Below are positions 12,246 through 24,923 of a stretch of 42,139 nt of DNA, one piece after another; positions within the stretch are counted from its first letter, which is position 1; each line of letters begins with the position of its first letter. Under the pieces are notes generated by a model. That model did not search any database. It saw only the letters and a list, made by a program, of their open reading frames with translations, and was not told the origin of the DNA. Origin of the DNA: Malacoraja senta. Lineage: Eukaryota. A program made the translations under genes and the position numbers. The DNA is taken from assembly GCA_038087875.1 (NCBI GenBank), contig JAXLNO010000035.1, positions 1 through 42,139 on the forward strand. Direction: 5' to 3'.

Positions 12246-15200
12246 ATGCAAGATGTTAAACAAAAAAACCTAGGAGGAGTCTCATTCTGCAGTTGGAATA
12301 TAAGAGGTATTAATGAACCTATTAAAAGGGGTAAGATATTAGCTCAGCTGAAATTGTACAATTCTGACATCATTTTCTTACAAGAAACTCATCTAAAATC
12401 CCAGGATCAAACTAGGTTGAGGGCGAAATGGATAGGTCAAATATATCATTCTTCATATACTTCGAAATCTAGAGGTACGTCAATCATTATTAGAAAAGGT
12501 ATACCATTCAAAGCAAAGAATACCATAACAGACATTGAAGGGAGATATTTGATAGTTACCGGAGAAATTCATGATACTCCAATTACCTTGGTAAATATAT
12601 ACGCGCCTAACTTTGACAATCCTCATTTTTTCAATAAAATTTTGAACATAATCGCAGAGTTTAATTATCAAAATGTTATAATAGGAGGAGACTTTAACTG
12701 TGTTTTAGATCCGTATTTAGACAAATCAAGCCAAAAACAGAGAGGGAATACGAAATCTAAAACTAGTGAACTTTTCAATACTTATATAAATAATACCAAT
12801 ATAACAGATGTTAGGAGAATTGCTAACCCGACTGGCAGGGAATACTCGTTTTATTCAATGGTACACAAAACATACTCACGTATAGATTATTTCCTGGTGG
12901 ATACAAAATTAATCCCTCACACTGTGAACTCAGCATACCATACAAATTCGATTTCAGACCATTCACCACTAACTTTCTTTTTAAAACTGGAAGGAATGTC
13001 TAAGAATAAATCGTTTTGGAGATTCAATTCTCAAATCCTAAAAGATCCGCAAGCGAGTATATATTTAAAAGAACAAATGGACGTCTTTTTTGAAATAAAT
13101 GACACTTCAGATATATCGCCTACTTTACTATGGGAATCTTTTAAAGCATTTATTAGAGGTGTTATAATCTCATACCAAGCTTTTCAAAATAAAAAGAATA
13201 AGAATGAACAAAGACAGTTAGAAGAACTTATTAGACAAATGGATATAGATAATGCTAAAGATTCATCAATGGATAAACATAATAAAATAATAGTTTTGAA
13301 ATTTAAATTAAATAAATTATTATCAGCCAAACTTATAAGACTTTTCCAAATTACAAAACAGGAACACTTTGAATTTGGGGATAAACCGCATAAACCTTTG
13401 GCTCATCAGCTAAAAAAACGAGAAAAAGAACATACGATCCAAAATATTAAATCAGATAGAGGGGAATTACTAACCATACCGAAGGATATTAATAAAAGAT
13501 TTGCGCAATTTTATGAGAATTTGTACACATCTAAAACGACAACGGACTCCAATAAAATTACAGAGTTCTTGGATAATTGTAATGTTCCAAAGTTAGAGTT
13601 GAAGGAACAAGAGGAATTGGGTGCACAAATTTCAATCAAGGAATTAGAAGACACAATAAATTCATTAAAGAATGGAAAAACTCCAGGTCCTGATGGATTT
13701 ACTAATGAATTTTATAAAAGCTTTTATGACAAAATTATACCACGGTTACAAAAAATGTATCAATATGCTTTAAAAAAACAAATATTACCTGATACATTAG
13801 CTGAATCAACGATCACACTAATACTTAAAAAAGACAAATATATAGAAGAACCGGGTTCATATTGAGCTATAGCATTGTTAAATACAGATCAAAAAATATT
13901 AGCGAAAACATTAGCTAGAAGATTAAGTAAATATATTAGTAAATTAATAAACCCAGATCAGACGGGGTTTATCCCTAAGAGATATTCATCTAATAATATG
14001 AGACGTCTACTCAATATAATGCACTCACACAAAATTGAAGAACAAGAATTATCAATTATTTCGCTGGACGCTGAAAAAGCATTTGACCAAGTAGAATGGA
14101 ATTATATGGATAAAGTATTACAAAAATTCCAACTGGGAGAGAATTTTATTTTATGGATTAAATTATTATATAATAAGCCTACAGCTAGAATATTAACTAA
14201 TAATATATTATCTTCGAAATTTCAACTATCAAGGGGAAACAGACAAGGATGCTCATTATCACCACAGTTGTTTGCTCTCATAATTGAACCATTAGCAGAA
14301 GAAATTAGAACACATCCAGATATCCATGGGTATAATACTAAATACTCAAATAATAAAATATCTTTATACGCGGATGATATATTATTGTACATTACAAAAC
14401 CTCAAATTACTGTACCAAACATACTAAATTTAATTGAGGACTTTGGATCCTTTTCTGGATACAGAATAAATTGGAATAAAAGTAAAATTATGTCAATAAA
14501 ACCGAAAGATTCAACACATCTTTTAAAATTCCCTTTTAAAATAGCTACAGAAAAATTTAAATACTTGGGTATTGAAATCACCAGAACATATCAAGGCATG
14601 TTCAAAGCAAATTATGATCCTCTACTTCATAAATTAAATACATTAATTAAATTTTGGAAAACGCTTCCGATGTCTTTAATAGGTCGAATAAATGCAATAA
14701 AAATGATCTTCTTACCACAAATTTTATACCTATTTCAATCGATTCCTATATATCTACCAAAGAAGTTTTTTTTTAAATTGGACTCAGACATTACTAATTT
14801 TATATGGGATTATAAATCCCATAGAATACAAAGAACACACTTGAACAAAGCTAAAGTATTAGGGGGCTTAGCACTCCCTAACTTCATGTATTATTATTGG
14901 TCAGTAAATATTAAAAACATGATCCAACTGATGGACAACTCTGCCCAGCAAGTGGACTGGATTATAATGGAGAGAGAGGACTGCTCCTCTGGTAATATTG
15001 GAGCGATCCTCCTCTCACCAATGAAACTGAATAACATAAATTATAACAAAAACCCAATTATACATAGTACAATCAGAACTTGGAAACAAATAAAACAAAA
15101 TTTAAAATTAAGAAATCTATCGCTTTTATCTCCAATAGTTAATAACCCTTCGTTTAATCCCTCTATTACAGACAAATCTTTTATACAATGGGATAGACTA

Positions 15201-16037
15201 GGAATTAAAACGTTCGGTGACTTGTATGAAACTGGAAAATTACTATCATTCCAACAATTGCAAATAAAATATAAACTGGGAAATAATCAATATTTTAAAT
15301 ATTTTCAAATATGTGACTATTTGAAAAAATATACAAAAGATCATTATAATATCCCAGCAGATGTATTGGATGAAGCAATGCAGATAAAAGCTGAATCAGC
15401 AAACTTAATATCATATTTGTATAATATTATCTTAAATGTAGAAATACCATCTCCGGAAGGTATTAGAAGAGACTGGGAACAAGAATTAGCTATTAAAATC
15501 TCAAAGGAAAGGTGGAATGAACATTTATTAAACGTGCATAAATGTTCGATTAATGTAAGACACACTTTAATACAATTTAAAATTTTACATAGATTATATT
15601 ATTCAAAAACTAAAATTAATAAAATTTTCCCCAATGTATCATCCATTTGTGATAAATGTCAATCTCAAGAAGCTACTATAGCGCACTCGTTTGTTTTTTG
15701 TACAAAAATTCAAAAATTTTGGATTGAAATTTTTGAAATCTTTACAACATTTTAAAAAATAAAACTGACACCAAAAGCAGAATGGATTATCTTCGGAACA
15801 ACGGAAGGTAGCCCTGAACTAAATGTGTTTCAAAAGAAATTAATAGATTACGGGTTAATAACTGGAAAAAACGTAATCCTAAAATTCTGGAAAAACGCTC
15901 CAATACCAACTATAAACATGTGGATTTCAAATATGTTTGAAACATTACACTTCGAAGAGATAAGACTCCTCCTGGTAGGTAAACCAGATCACTTCCACCT
16001 GATGTGGTCTGCATTTATAGAATTATTACAAGTATAG
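12246..16037 (+). pseudogene. L1 ORF2p (APE endonuclease, reverse transcriptase, CCHC) with two in-frame stops
   Basis: Endonuclease motifs SWNIRG, LQETH, GGDFN, SRIDYF, SDH. RT motifs PGPDG, SLDAEKAFD, RQGCSLSP, YADD, KYLG. Zinc knuckle CDKC..H....C. The three listed ORFs (12246, 13875, 15825) are in the same frame, split by TGA 13863-13865 and TAA 15753-15755. Confidence 0.95.
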
Positions 16038-17066
16038 GGTGCAAAAGTACTTTAAAAAAAACCTGAGGTCAGGTAAAGGGGGATGAAAGCTGGAGAGTTG
16101 ATATATCCCATTTGCGTGATGCTTATAATAAAGAATTTTGTTTTTCTCTTTTTTCCTCTTTCTCTTTTTTCTTCTTCTTTAGGGTCTATTTCTTAATCCT
16201 TTCTTTTTAATTTCTTTTCTACAGGGTCTCTGTTCTTTCCTGTTGTCACGTTTTTACACCTTCACTATTTTCCTTCACTTTCTCTTTTTTCTTAATCTCA
16301 ACCTTTCCTTTTTATTAGTGTAAAAAATGACGGAGTACATTAATTGTAATAAGATATACGTGATGAGTACTAATGTAATTGGTTGTAATGTAATGTACTT
16401 CTAATAAATAAAAATATATATATTTTTTTTTTAATAAAAAAAATAAAGGAACTGTAGATGCTGGTTTATACCAAAGATAGACACAAAGTGCTGGAGTTAC
16501 TCAGCGGGTCAGACTGCATCTCTTGAGAAAAAGGATGGGTGACGTTTTGGGTCGGGACCCTTCTTCAGACCCGACCAGAAACGTCACCGATCATTTTTCT
16601 TCAGAGATGTTGCCTGACCCGCTGAGTTACTCCAGCATTTTGTGTCTATCCTAGAGTCCAGTTTCTGACTGAAAATGCACATAAAAGCTCCATAAAAAAA
16701 CTCAAATGCTGTCATTTGCATTCTTTATCACATTATGAATTGAATTGACAGCATCCAGAAACCAGCAACAAGCCCTTCTATAAAAAGTAGTAGAGATTGT
16801 ATCTTGTACTGCAGTGTTTAGCTGCCATCAGTTACTGGTATGACATGTGGTTTTGTGTGACTGTGGCTGTGATATGTAAACTTAACTTTCTTCTAAATGA
16901 ACAAACTGCAGAAATTCCTTTCATACGATGCACGCCAGCTCATGTTAAATCAAGTTAAGGCAAGTTAAGTGTATTTTCATCTGTGATGCAGCGGTAGAGT
17001 TGCTGCCTTACAGCGCCAGAGACCCGGGTTCGATTCTGACTACTGGTGCTGTCTGTATGGAGGTTG

Positions 17067-17912
17067 GGAACGAGGACGCCTATAGAGAGGAGGTGCACAG
17101 ACTTTCTGAGTGGTGTGCTCACAACAATCTCTCTCTGAACACTAAAAAGACAAAGGAGATCATCACTGATTTCAGGCGACATAGAGCGGAGCTCAGGCCA
17201 TTGGAGATAGGGGGCGAGGAGGTGGAGAGGGTGCCTAGTTTTAAATTTCTGGGGATCAACATCAGTGAGGATCTTAAATGGTCTGTGAACTCTGCTGTAG
17301 TTGTAAAAAAGGCGCAACAGAGACTTTACTTCCTCAGAACACTGAGGAAGGCCCATCTGTCTGCTAAACTGCTGGAGTCTTTCTGCCGCTGTTCGGTAGA
17401 AAGCATACTGACTTACTGCATAACTGCCTGGTTTGGGAACTGTTCAGCAGCTGACAGAGCAGCTCTCCAGAGGGTGATAAAAACTGCCCAGGGTATCATT
17501 GGACTCCCCCTGCCCCCTCTGGAGGACATTTACCACTCCAAATGCCGCAGCAGGACCTGTAATATCGTGAAAGACATTACACATCCTTGTCACCACCTTT
17601 TCACACTGCTGCCCTCAGGAAAAAGGTACAGGTCGCTAAAGTCACGCACTGCCAGACTCAAGAACAGCTTTTACCCATCAGCAATCTTGGAACTGAACTC
17701 TGTCTCGGGAGCGGGTTATGGGGAAGGAGGGGGGGTGGGAGACAGTGTTAATTTATGTAAATGTGAATCCATGGGTGGGTTTGGTGAGGGAGGGAGGTTA
17801 AAAGTTTGAGTATGTGAATGTTTGAAGTTCTTTTAAATGGAGAGACACAGTAATCTCGTTGTATGTGACACATGCAATGACAATAAAGCATTCTGATTCT
17901 GATTCTGATTCT
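17067..17912 (+). mobile_element. 5'-truncated Rex1/Babar-like non-LTR retrotransposon inserted into a SINE
   Basis: Encodes WCAHNNLSLNTKKTKEIITDFRR..FKFLG..KKAQQRLYFLR..ESILTYCITAWFG..HLFTLLPSGKRYRS..KNSFYP (RT C-terminus, DUF1891-type). Ends caataaagc(attctg)n. SINE halves flank it at about 16988-17066 and about 17913-18020, with ggttg at both junctions. Confidence 0.85.
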
Positions 17913-18504
17913 GGTTGTACATTCTCCCTGTGACCGTGTGGGTTTACCCCGGGTGCTCCGGTTTCCTCTCACATTCCAAACATGTACAGGTTTGTAGGTT
18001 AATTGGCTTCTGCAAAGATTGCTACCTGATCACTTCATTGTTAATACTTAGTGAAAAATCACCACTTTCCCTCAAATGTGACGTGGCTCTTACGGAAGTA
18101 ATCATCGAGATCTACCTTTGGCATATGTGTGGAGCAACATCTATCCACCAAAGAAGGGGAACTCCCCTTCTCATGTTGGTCCAACCCAGCAATGAAAATG
18201 GAAGGTCATCCTGATTCCCACCCCCATACCATCTCATCTGATGAATCAGTCCTCCTCCATGTGGTCAATGGGTGGAAGGAGCGCTGAGAACAGCAAGGGC
18301 CTTGAAGTTGGCCTGGTAGAGGACATCATGGTCCTTTGCCTAGCTGTTGGTGATGAACCAAGTTGCATCGCCACAGACTGAGCCATCTGTCTGAAGGACT
18401 CGGCTGCCAGGCTGGGTCTGCGGTAGTTGGTGAGTGAATCATCTTCTCCAGCCGATTACTCCCAATCATGGGTCCATCTCAACTTTCTTGTGGAGTTAAG
18501 TCTT

Positions 18505-18821
18505 TTACTTTAGACTTTAAACCTTAGAGATACAGCACGGAAACAGGCGTTTTGGCCCACCGACTCTGTGCCGACCAGCAATCACCCCTTACAGACACTA
18601 TCCGACATACTAGGGACAATTTACAATTTTTACCGAAGCCAATTAACCTACAAACCTGTACGTCTTTGGAGTGTGGGAGGAAACCGGAGCACCTGGTGAA
18701 AACCCACGCGGTCACAGCGAGAAGGTACAAACTCTGCACAGATAGCACTCGAGGTCAGGATCGAAGCCGGGTCTCTGGCGCTGTAGGCCAGCGGCTCTAC
18801 CGCTGCGCCACCGTGCCGCCC
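18505..18821 (-). mobile_element. V-SINE copy
   Basis: Full-length family match, ending cgctgcgccaccgtgccgccc on the + strand. Confidence 0.85.
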
Positions 18822-19309
18822 AAACTGAATGCTTCACAATGAGGACATCCTTCATTGTGGCACTACCTGTTGCAACAGATCAGGCAGTTCACAGCACTGG
18901 CATTCATGAGGTGCTGTGGACAATAAGCAGTCGCTGACGTCTACTCCACAACGTCCTGGCCAAGTTAATCCAACTCTCAGTTTATCAACAGCCATCATGG
19001 GATGTGTCAGTCCATCTGATCCATGATTGGGACCCAGTACTTTATCCAACCTAGAGTCAAACCAAGATCCTTGTGTTAGCAGCATCCCAGCTGATGTGTA
19101 AAAATATGAAAGGTATTTACCACCAGAAGATAGACACAAAATATTGGGAGTAACTCAGCAGGACACCCATTCCTTCTCTCCAGCGATGCTGCCAGTCCCG
19201 CTGAGTCACTCCAACATTTTGTTTCTATCTTCAGTGCAAACCAGCATCTGTAGTTCCTTCCTAAACACTAGGAATTTACCAACTCCTGGTTCATGCACCA
19301 GGTGTGGTC

Positions 19310-19680
19310 AAGGGTCAAAATTGTTTAATTGCCATATGGAAATTTGCTGCTGCTTAACAGACCTATTAACACAAACACAATTAAATATACGATAATCAAT
19401 AGTGCAATAAATCAATAATCAGTAATACTGGGTAACCAGATCATATCAGTGCAAAAATCAAAGTCGGTAATGCAATCAAAGACATAGTACAGAGATGATC
19501 ATAGTTGCTCAGAGTGTTGTGTGGTGTTGAAAAAAGCCTGGTGATTGCTGAGAAGAAGCTGTTCTTGAACATGGGTAGTCACGTTTTTCAGGTTTTTGTA
19601 CCTTCATCCCAATGGTAGGAGCGAGATGAGATGAAGGTCTTTGATGATAATAGCTGCCTCTCTGAGACATTGCCTCCTGG
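19310..19680 (-). mobile_element. Degenerate Rex1-like 3' fragment
   Basis: The reverse strand contains ttcaagaacagcttcttc (FKNSFF) and a decayed version of the same C-terminal region. Confidence 0.5.
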
Positions 19681-20940
19681 AGATCCCCCCCTGATGGAAT
19701 CTCTCCCATCTTCAAGAGGAAGGTGCCTCACGCTGCCCTGCTTATCGACCACCATGAAAGAGGAGAAACGGTCCATGCTTGATCTTGGTGGGTGGAAACG
19801 TCCTGAGGATCTTCTCACTGGGCTTTCACTGTGGGATCACAGTCCGTGCATTCTCAGTGCAGGGTCAGCGAACCATGTGTGGAGATAGGACTGACAGTAG
19901 GAACAGCAACGTCACCTTGTCTTCAACCATTCAATGACACAATGGTTCCGTCAATGGGTTCACTCTGTGGACTGGATGAAGGTGATGAATGGTCTGGCTA
20001 AACCCACTTACACACCGCAGCTTCCTCACCCTGACGTCAGACCAGAGGATGAGGGTGCTGGAGTCATTACAATAGATTTCAACACAGCCAAACAAGCATG
20101 TGTGTAGTAACAGTTCTGTCCAGTGCCTCAATCTCCTTAATGCTGCTATTTGTCCTGTGGAATAAAAGCCCTTGTGTGAGATTCCAGCAGAATCTCACAC
20201 AAGCAGTGACGTGGCTGATCTTCAACAAACCATAGCTGAGATGAGCTGCCTGTGACTTGTAGTCCTCATGCAAACAAGTGAGATTAGAGTAGGTGAGCAA
20301 AATAGCAGGCCTGGATGAGGTGGGCAGAAGGGTCTGTTTCTCTGCACTACTACACAATGACTCAAACGACTTGCACATAGCACAAGCTGCTGGAGGTGAG
20401 AAAAGGAGATGTACTGCAGGAGGGGTGGTTCTGGTGTGCAGTTCCGCAGGTGCGCTGCAGGAGGTGCACAAATGCTGCCGTAATGCTGTGGCTGCACGAT
20501 CCTTCAACGATCTCAGCTCCATTTCCTCTCAGCACTGACGTTTTGGAGCCATTTCACCAACCCTGCTCCAACCCATTTAATTTTCCCCCACATTCCCATC
20601 AACATCTCAGGTTCTACCACCCGCCTGCACCCTGTGGACAGTTTACTGCGGCCAATTGACCCACCCACCCACTTGACTTTTGTTGAAGATCATAAAGAGA
20701 ACGTGCACAGGCAGCACCTGAGGTCGGGATTGAACCCGCGTCTTCAGGGCTGTGTGTCTGCCCCACATGGATGATCCATCTCATTTCCTCCTGAGATCCA
20801 TCGCAAAGCCAGTCTTCAGCAATATCAGCTCATCAACCCACTGCCCGCATCGTCCACAGTGACCACTAGTGGCCAGGTAACACCCTGCACTAGTGCTGAA
20901 GACTTCACTCTGGAAGCAATCACTCATACAGTTACAACAC

Positions 20941-21535
20941 TGGCCTGGATAGAGTGAACGCGGAGAGGATATTTCCACTAGTGGGAGGGTCTTGGACCAG
21001 AGGTCATAGCCTCAGAATAAAAGGACGTACCTTTAGAAAGGAGATGAGGAGGAATTTCTTTAGTCAGAAGGTGGTGAATCCATGGAATTCTTTGCCATAG
21101 ATGGCTGTGGAGGCCAAGTCAATGGATATTTCTAAGATGGAGATGGCCATTCTTGATTAGTAAGGGTGTCAGGGGTTATGGGGAGAAGGCAGGAGAATAG
21201 GGTTGAGAGGGAAAGATAGATCAGCCACAATGTGCAGGAAAGAACTGCATATTCTGGTTTAAATCGAAGGTAGACACAAAATGCTGGAGGAACCCAGCAG
21301 GACAGGCAGCATCTCTGGACAGGAGGAATTGGTGACGTTTCGGATCAAGACCCTTCTTCAGTCTGAAGAAGGATCTCGACCCGAAACATCACCCATTCCT
21401 TCTCTCGAGATGCTGCCTGTCCCGCTGGGTTCCTCCAGCATTTTGTGTCTACCTCCGATAGATCAGCCATGATTGAATGGCGGAGTAGACTTGATGAGCC
21501 AAATGATCTAATTCTGCTCCTGGAACATATGAATA
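20941..21535 (+). mobile_element. CR1 3' fragment (split by a foldback insert)
   Basis: Encodes TRGHSLRIKGRTFRKEMRRNFFSQKVVN, followed by the conserved tail gatcagccatgattgaatggcggagtagact. Confidence 0.8.
21228..21456. mobile_element. Penelope-derived foldback insertion within a CR1 tail
   Basis: Inverted arms meet at cttcttcagtctgaagaag. 13-bp TSD gatagatcagcca at 21215-21227 and 21457-21469. Confidence 0.85.
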
Positions 21536-21811
21536 CTGACATCTACCCAACAATGTGAAAACCTGTCAAGGTGTATCCTTCCCTTACCTTGCAGAGAAAT
21601 AATGTCCGATCAGTCTGCTTCCGATTACCAGCGCAGTGATGGAAATCATTGTGACCCGATGCACTCACTGGTCACCTGCTCCTCACAGCTCAATCATTGC
21701 TCTGCCAGACAACTGACTTAAGAGTCAAGAGTGTTTAATTGTCATAAGTACTGACAACGGAACAATGAGATTCTAACATGCAGCCGCACAGCAGGCTTGT
21801 AACAATAATAG

Positions 21812-22128
21812 GTCGGCATGGTGGCACAGCAGTATTACTGCATTCCAGCGCCAGAGGCGGGTTTGATCCCGACTACGGGTGCTTGTCTGTAAGGAGTTTG
21901 TACGTTCTCCCTGTGACCTGCGTGGGTTTTCTCTGAGATCTTGGGTTTCCTCCCACACTCCAAAGACGTAAAGGTTTTTAGGTTAATTGGCTTGGTGTAT
22001 GTGCAAAATTGTCCCTAGTGTGTGTTGGGTAGTGTTAATGTGCGGGGATCGCTGGTCGGTGCAGACTCGGTGGTCCGAAGGACCTGTTTCCGCGCTGTAT
22101 CTCTAAACTAAACTAAACTAAAACTAAA
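21812..22128 (+). mobile_element. V-SINE copy
   Basis: Family head and core with a (ctaaa)n tail. Confidence 0.85.
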
Positions 22129-23227
22129 ATATACAATACACAAAATTTCAATAATTTAATAACCCCAATATTAGTACAAAAAAAACTATAGTCCTTAGTG
22201 CAACTAAAGGCCATAGTCTTGGTCCAAACAAGGGTGAGAGAACAGAAATCCAGAGTGGGACTACATTACAACAGCAGCACTACTGGCAAGAACATCGTTC
22301 ATTGTCCATCCCTGATCACCCCCAACCCCAGAAGAATTTGGTCAAGAGAAGGTGGTACAGAGACAACGTTTATACAAATGCTTAGCAGGGTGATTAGTTA
22401 TTGGGTGTGACCCAGACACCCATCACTCTCTGTGCAAAGATATTTGCCCTTAGCTCACCTCCATTAACCTTCGCCCCTTTCACCCAAAATCAATGCCCTC
22501 CAGTATTTGGCATTTCCACCCAGGTATTGTAAATTTGAGAAGGTTTTTATTAAATCAGCAAAAAAAAAGGAGCAGATATTCGTATGGCTGCACCCATTTT
22601 TCACAGCATCTCGGACAAGAGAATAGCAAACAAAAAGATTGCTTGATCTTAACTCGTGCTTTCCCAAAGACTGATTCCCTCCGATTTGTACCACAACTAA
22701 AATTGAATTATTCCAGTTGTTGGGGAAATGTTTCCAGTGAAAGTGAAAGTGCCTCTTTACAGTATATGTCATCTTTCCAAGTCTTATCATTGCACATCGG
22801 AGCTTGGTTTCCAGTATTGGTTTTTGCCTCCAGAAGGGGAATTCAATGCTGAAAAAAACCCCTGGCCAACTCTTATCTAAATTCACCCATCCACTATCAG
22901 CAAACCCTAACCCCGATCATACAGGGAGAAAGTGTAAGTTTCAGCTTCCGCCTGTAGGGGGTAGGTTAATGGTAATATTGAAATGTACAGGGTCAGGAAG
23001 TTATTAATTTGATAACCGAGTTTTGTTGGCGGCATGATTAGCGGAGGAAGTGCATTTCTACACGTTCCCTTCCCCGCCAAATATGGTCGTCCGAGCCCAG
23101 CTTGAAGGCATGAAGGCACAACCCTATGTTGGTTGAGATGAGGAGCAGGCGAAAGGGAGTGGAGATGATCACCTACACGAGGTTGGATTTTGGTTCAGTC
23201 ATATCAGCTTCTGTGTTGAATTTGATC

Positions 23228-23416
23228 TTTACATGGTCATGAGAATAATAGGTCGGGTAGATGCACAGAGTCTCTTGCCCGGACTAGGGGAATCAAGGAC
23301 CAGAGGACATAGGCTTAAGGTGAAGGGAAAAAGATTTAATAGGAATCTGAGGGGTAACTTTTTCACACAAAGGGTGGTGGGAGTACGGAACAAGCTGCCA
23401 GAGGAGGTAGTTGAGG
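23228..23416 (+). mobile_element. CR1 fragment followed by a Penelope-derived fragment
   Basis: Encodes SRTRGHRLKVKGKRFNRNLRGNFFTQRVVGVRNKLPEEVVE. Confidence 0.75.
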
Positions 23417-23846
23417 TAGTTTTTGGTCGGGACCCTTCCTCAGACTTGCTGCTTTCTCCAGAGATTCTCTGGACATTCTCCAGTGATGTTGCCAAACCCG
23501 CTGTGTTACTCTGGTATTTTGTGTCTATCTTTTGTATAAAACATCATCTGCAGTTCCTCTTTATAAACATTAACACTTAAGCAGTTGAGAGCACTATTCC
23601 CAAAATATCTCCCACTGAAAGACCAGACACCTGTCCAGGCTCATTTCCCAATGATAGATCCAATATAGTCCCTCCTTGAGTTGCGCTATCCAATTACCAT
23701 TTCAAGAAACACTTTTGGATACACCTAACAATATTCTGCCCTCTTGCACTCTGGAAATCCCAGTCAATATTGAAGAAGTTAGAGTTATCCGCCACAATAA
23801 CCTTCTGCTTTTTCACTTGACCTAATATGTCCACAAATTTGTTCCG

Positions 23847-24045
23847 AAGATAGACGCAAAATGCTGGAGTAACTCAGCGGTGCAAGCCAGCATCTCTGGA
23901 TAGAAGGAATGAGTGACAGTTTGGGTCTAGACCCTTCCTCAGACCCGTTCCTTCTATCCAGAGATACTGCCAATCCCATTGAGTTACTCCAGCATTTTGT
24001 GGCTATCTTCCATTTAAACCTGCATTTGCAGTTCCTTCCTACACA
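23847..24045. mobile_element. Penelope-derived foldback insertion within a decayed CR1 endonuclease fragment
   Basis: Inverted arms agacgcaaaatgctggagtaactca...tgagttactccagcattttgt. 15-bp TSD cacaa(a/g)tttgttccg at 23832-23846 and 24046-24060. Confidence 0.75.
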
Positions 24046-24923
24046 CACAAGTTTGTTCCGCCATCTTCCATCAGCTGTATCAGCTGGCCAGGTGTATAAT
24101 CCCATTAGAGTGATAGCACCTTTCCTATTTTCGAGCTCGACCCTTATTCCTCCCGGGATGTCCCCTGTGGACAATCCCTCCCAGATGTCCTCTCTGACTG
24201 CCGCCATGACATTTACCCTGAATGCAACTGCTCCGCCCCTTTCATCTCCCTCTCCATCACGTCTGAAGCAGAATACGACACAATCCTCACGATACGATCT
24301 GAACTACCATCGTGCAGATCAGCAGGTCTTCCTCTGGCACAGTTGTGGCAACTCAGTCGTTGCAACATCTGATGGCTTTGTTGATTAGGCCTTTGTGTGC
24401 TGAGCACACTGTGTCTCGGACTCCAAGTTCTCTTTCAGCTTCAAACCATCGCTGTTTCAACACTTGCTTGTGGTTTCCTCCTGCACCAACCTGCCGTTTC
24501 TGGAACGCATCTCCCACTCACAGCTTTTTATTGTGTCACCCTGCTTGGCAGGACCTGCTCTTGGCTGTCCTCTTGCTCTTCCATGTTTATCATTGCCTGG
24601 CTACTTTTCATTGCATTGACGGGCCACTCTAACCTCGCCCGTACCGCTCACACAGGCAGCCGTATGCTGGCAGGTAAACCAGGAGAGCTCTTTCACTGAC
24701 TAATCAAGCACAGCCTGAAGTCGTCACATTCTCAGACTCCTCCATTGTCAGATTGGAGCCAAATGCAATGTGGAGGAACAGCACCTCATATTTCGCTTGG
24801 GCAGTTTACAACCCAGCGATTTGAGTATTGATTTCTCAAACTTCAAGTGGACAATTTGCGGCTCAGCGATCGTTTCTCTGAGATGAGCGGGCATCAACTT
24901 TTCAAACATTAATGACATTTTAG

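Larger units (their letters stand above)
10111..16444 (+). mobile_element. Full-length L1-clade LINE (5' UTR, ORF1, about 900-nt spacer, ORF2, pyrimidine-rich 3' UTR, A-rich tail)
   Basis: Starts (g)gacttccgg. Flanked by a 13-bp TSD aaaggaactgtag at 10098-10110 and 16445-16457. AATAAA and an A-rich tail at about 16403-16444. Confidence 0.95.

Noticed and set aside
12246..16037. Three separate L1 ORF2 genes or programmed readthrough
   Set aside because: They share one frame with single-base nonsense changes at otherwise conserved positions, consistent with ordinary decay.
17000..17809. 269-aa ORF as a host gene (ALKBH8 N-terminal/DUF1891-like)
   Set aside because: It is a SINE head joined to a Rex1-type LINE fragment with a microsatellite tail, and it lacks a real start codon.
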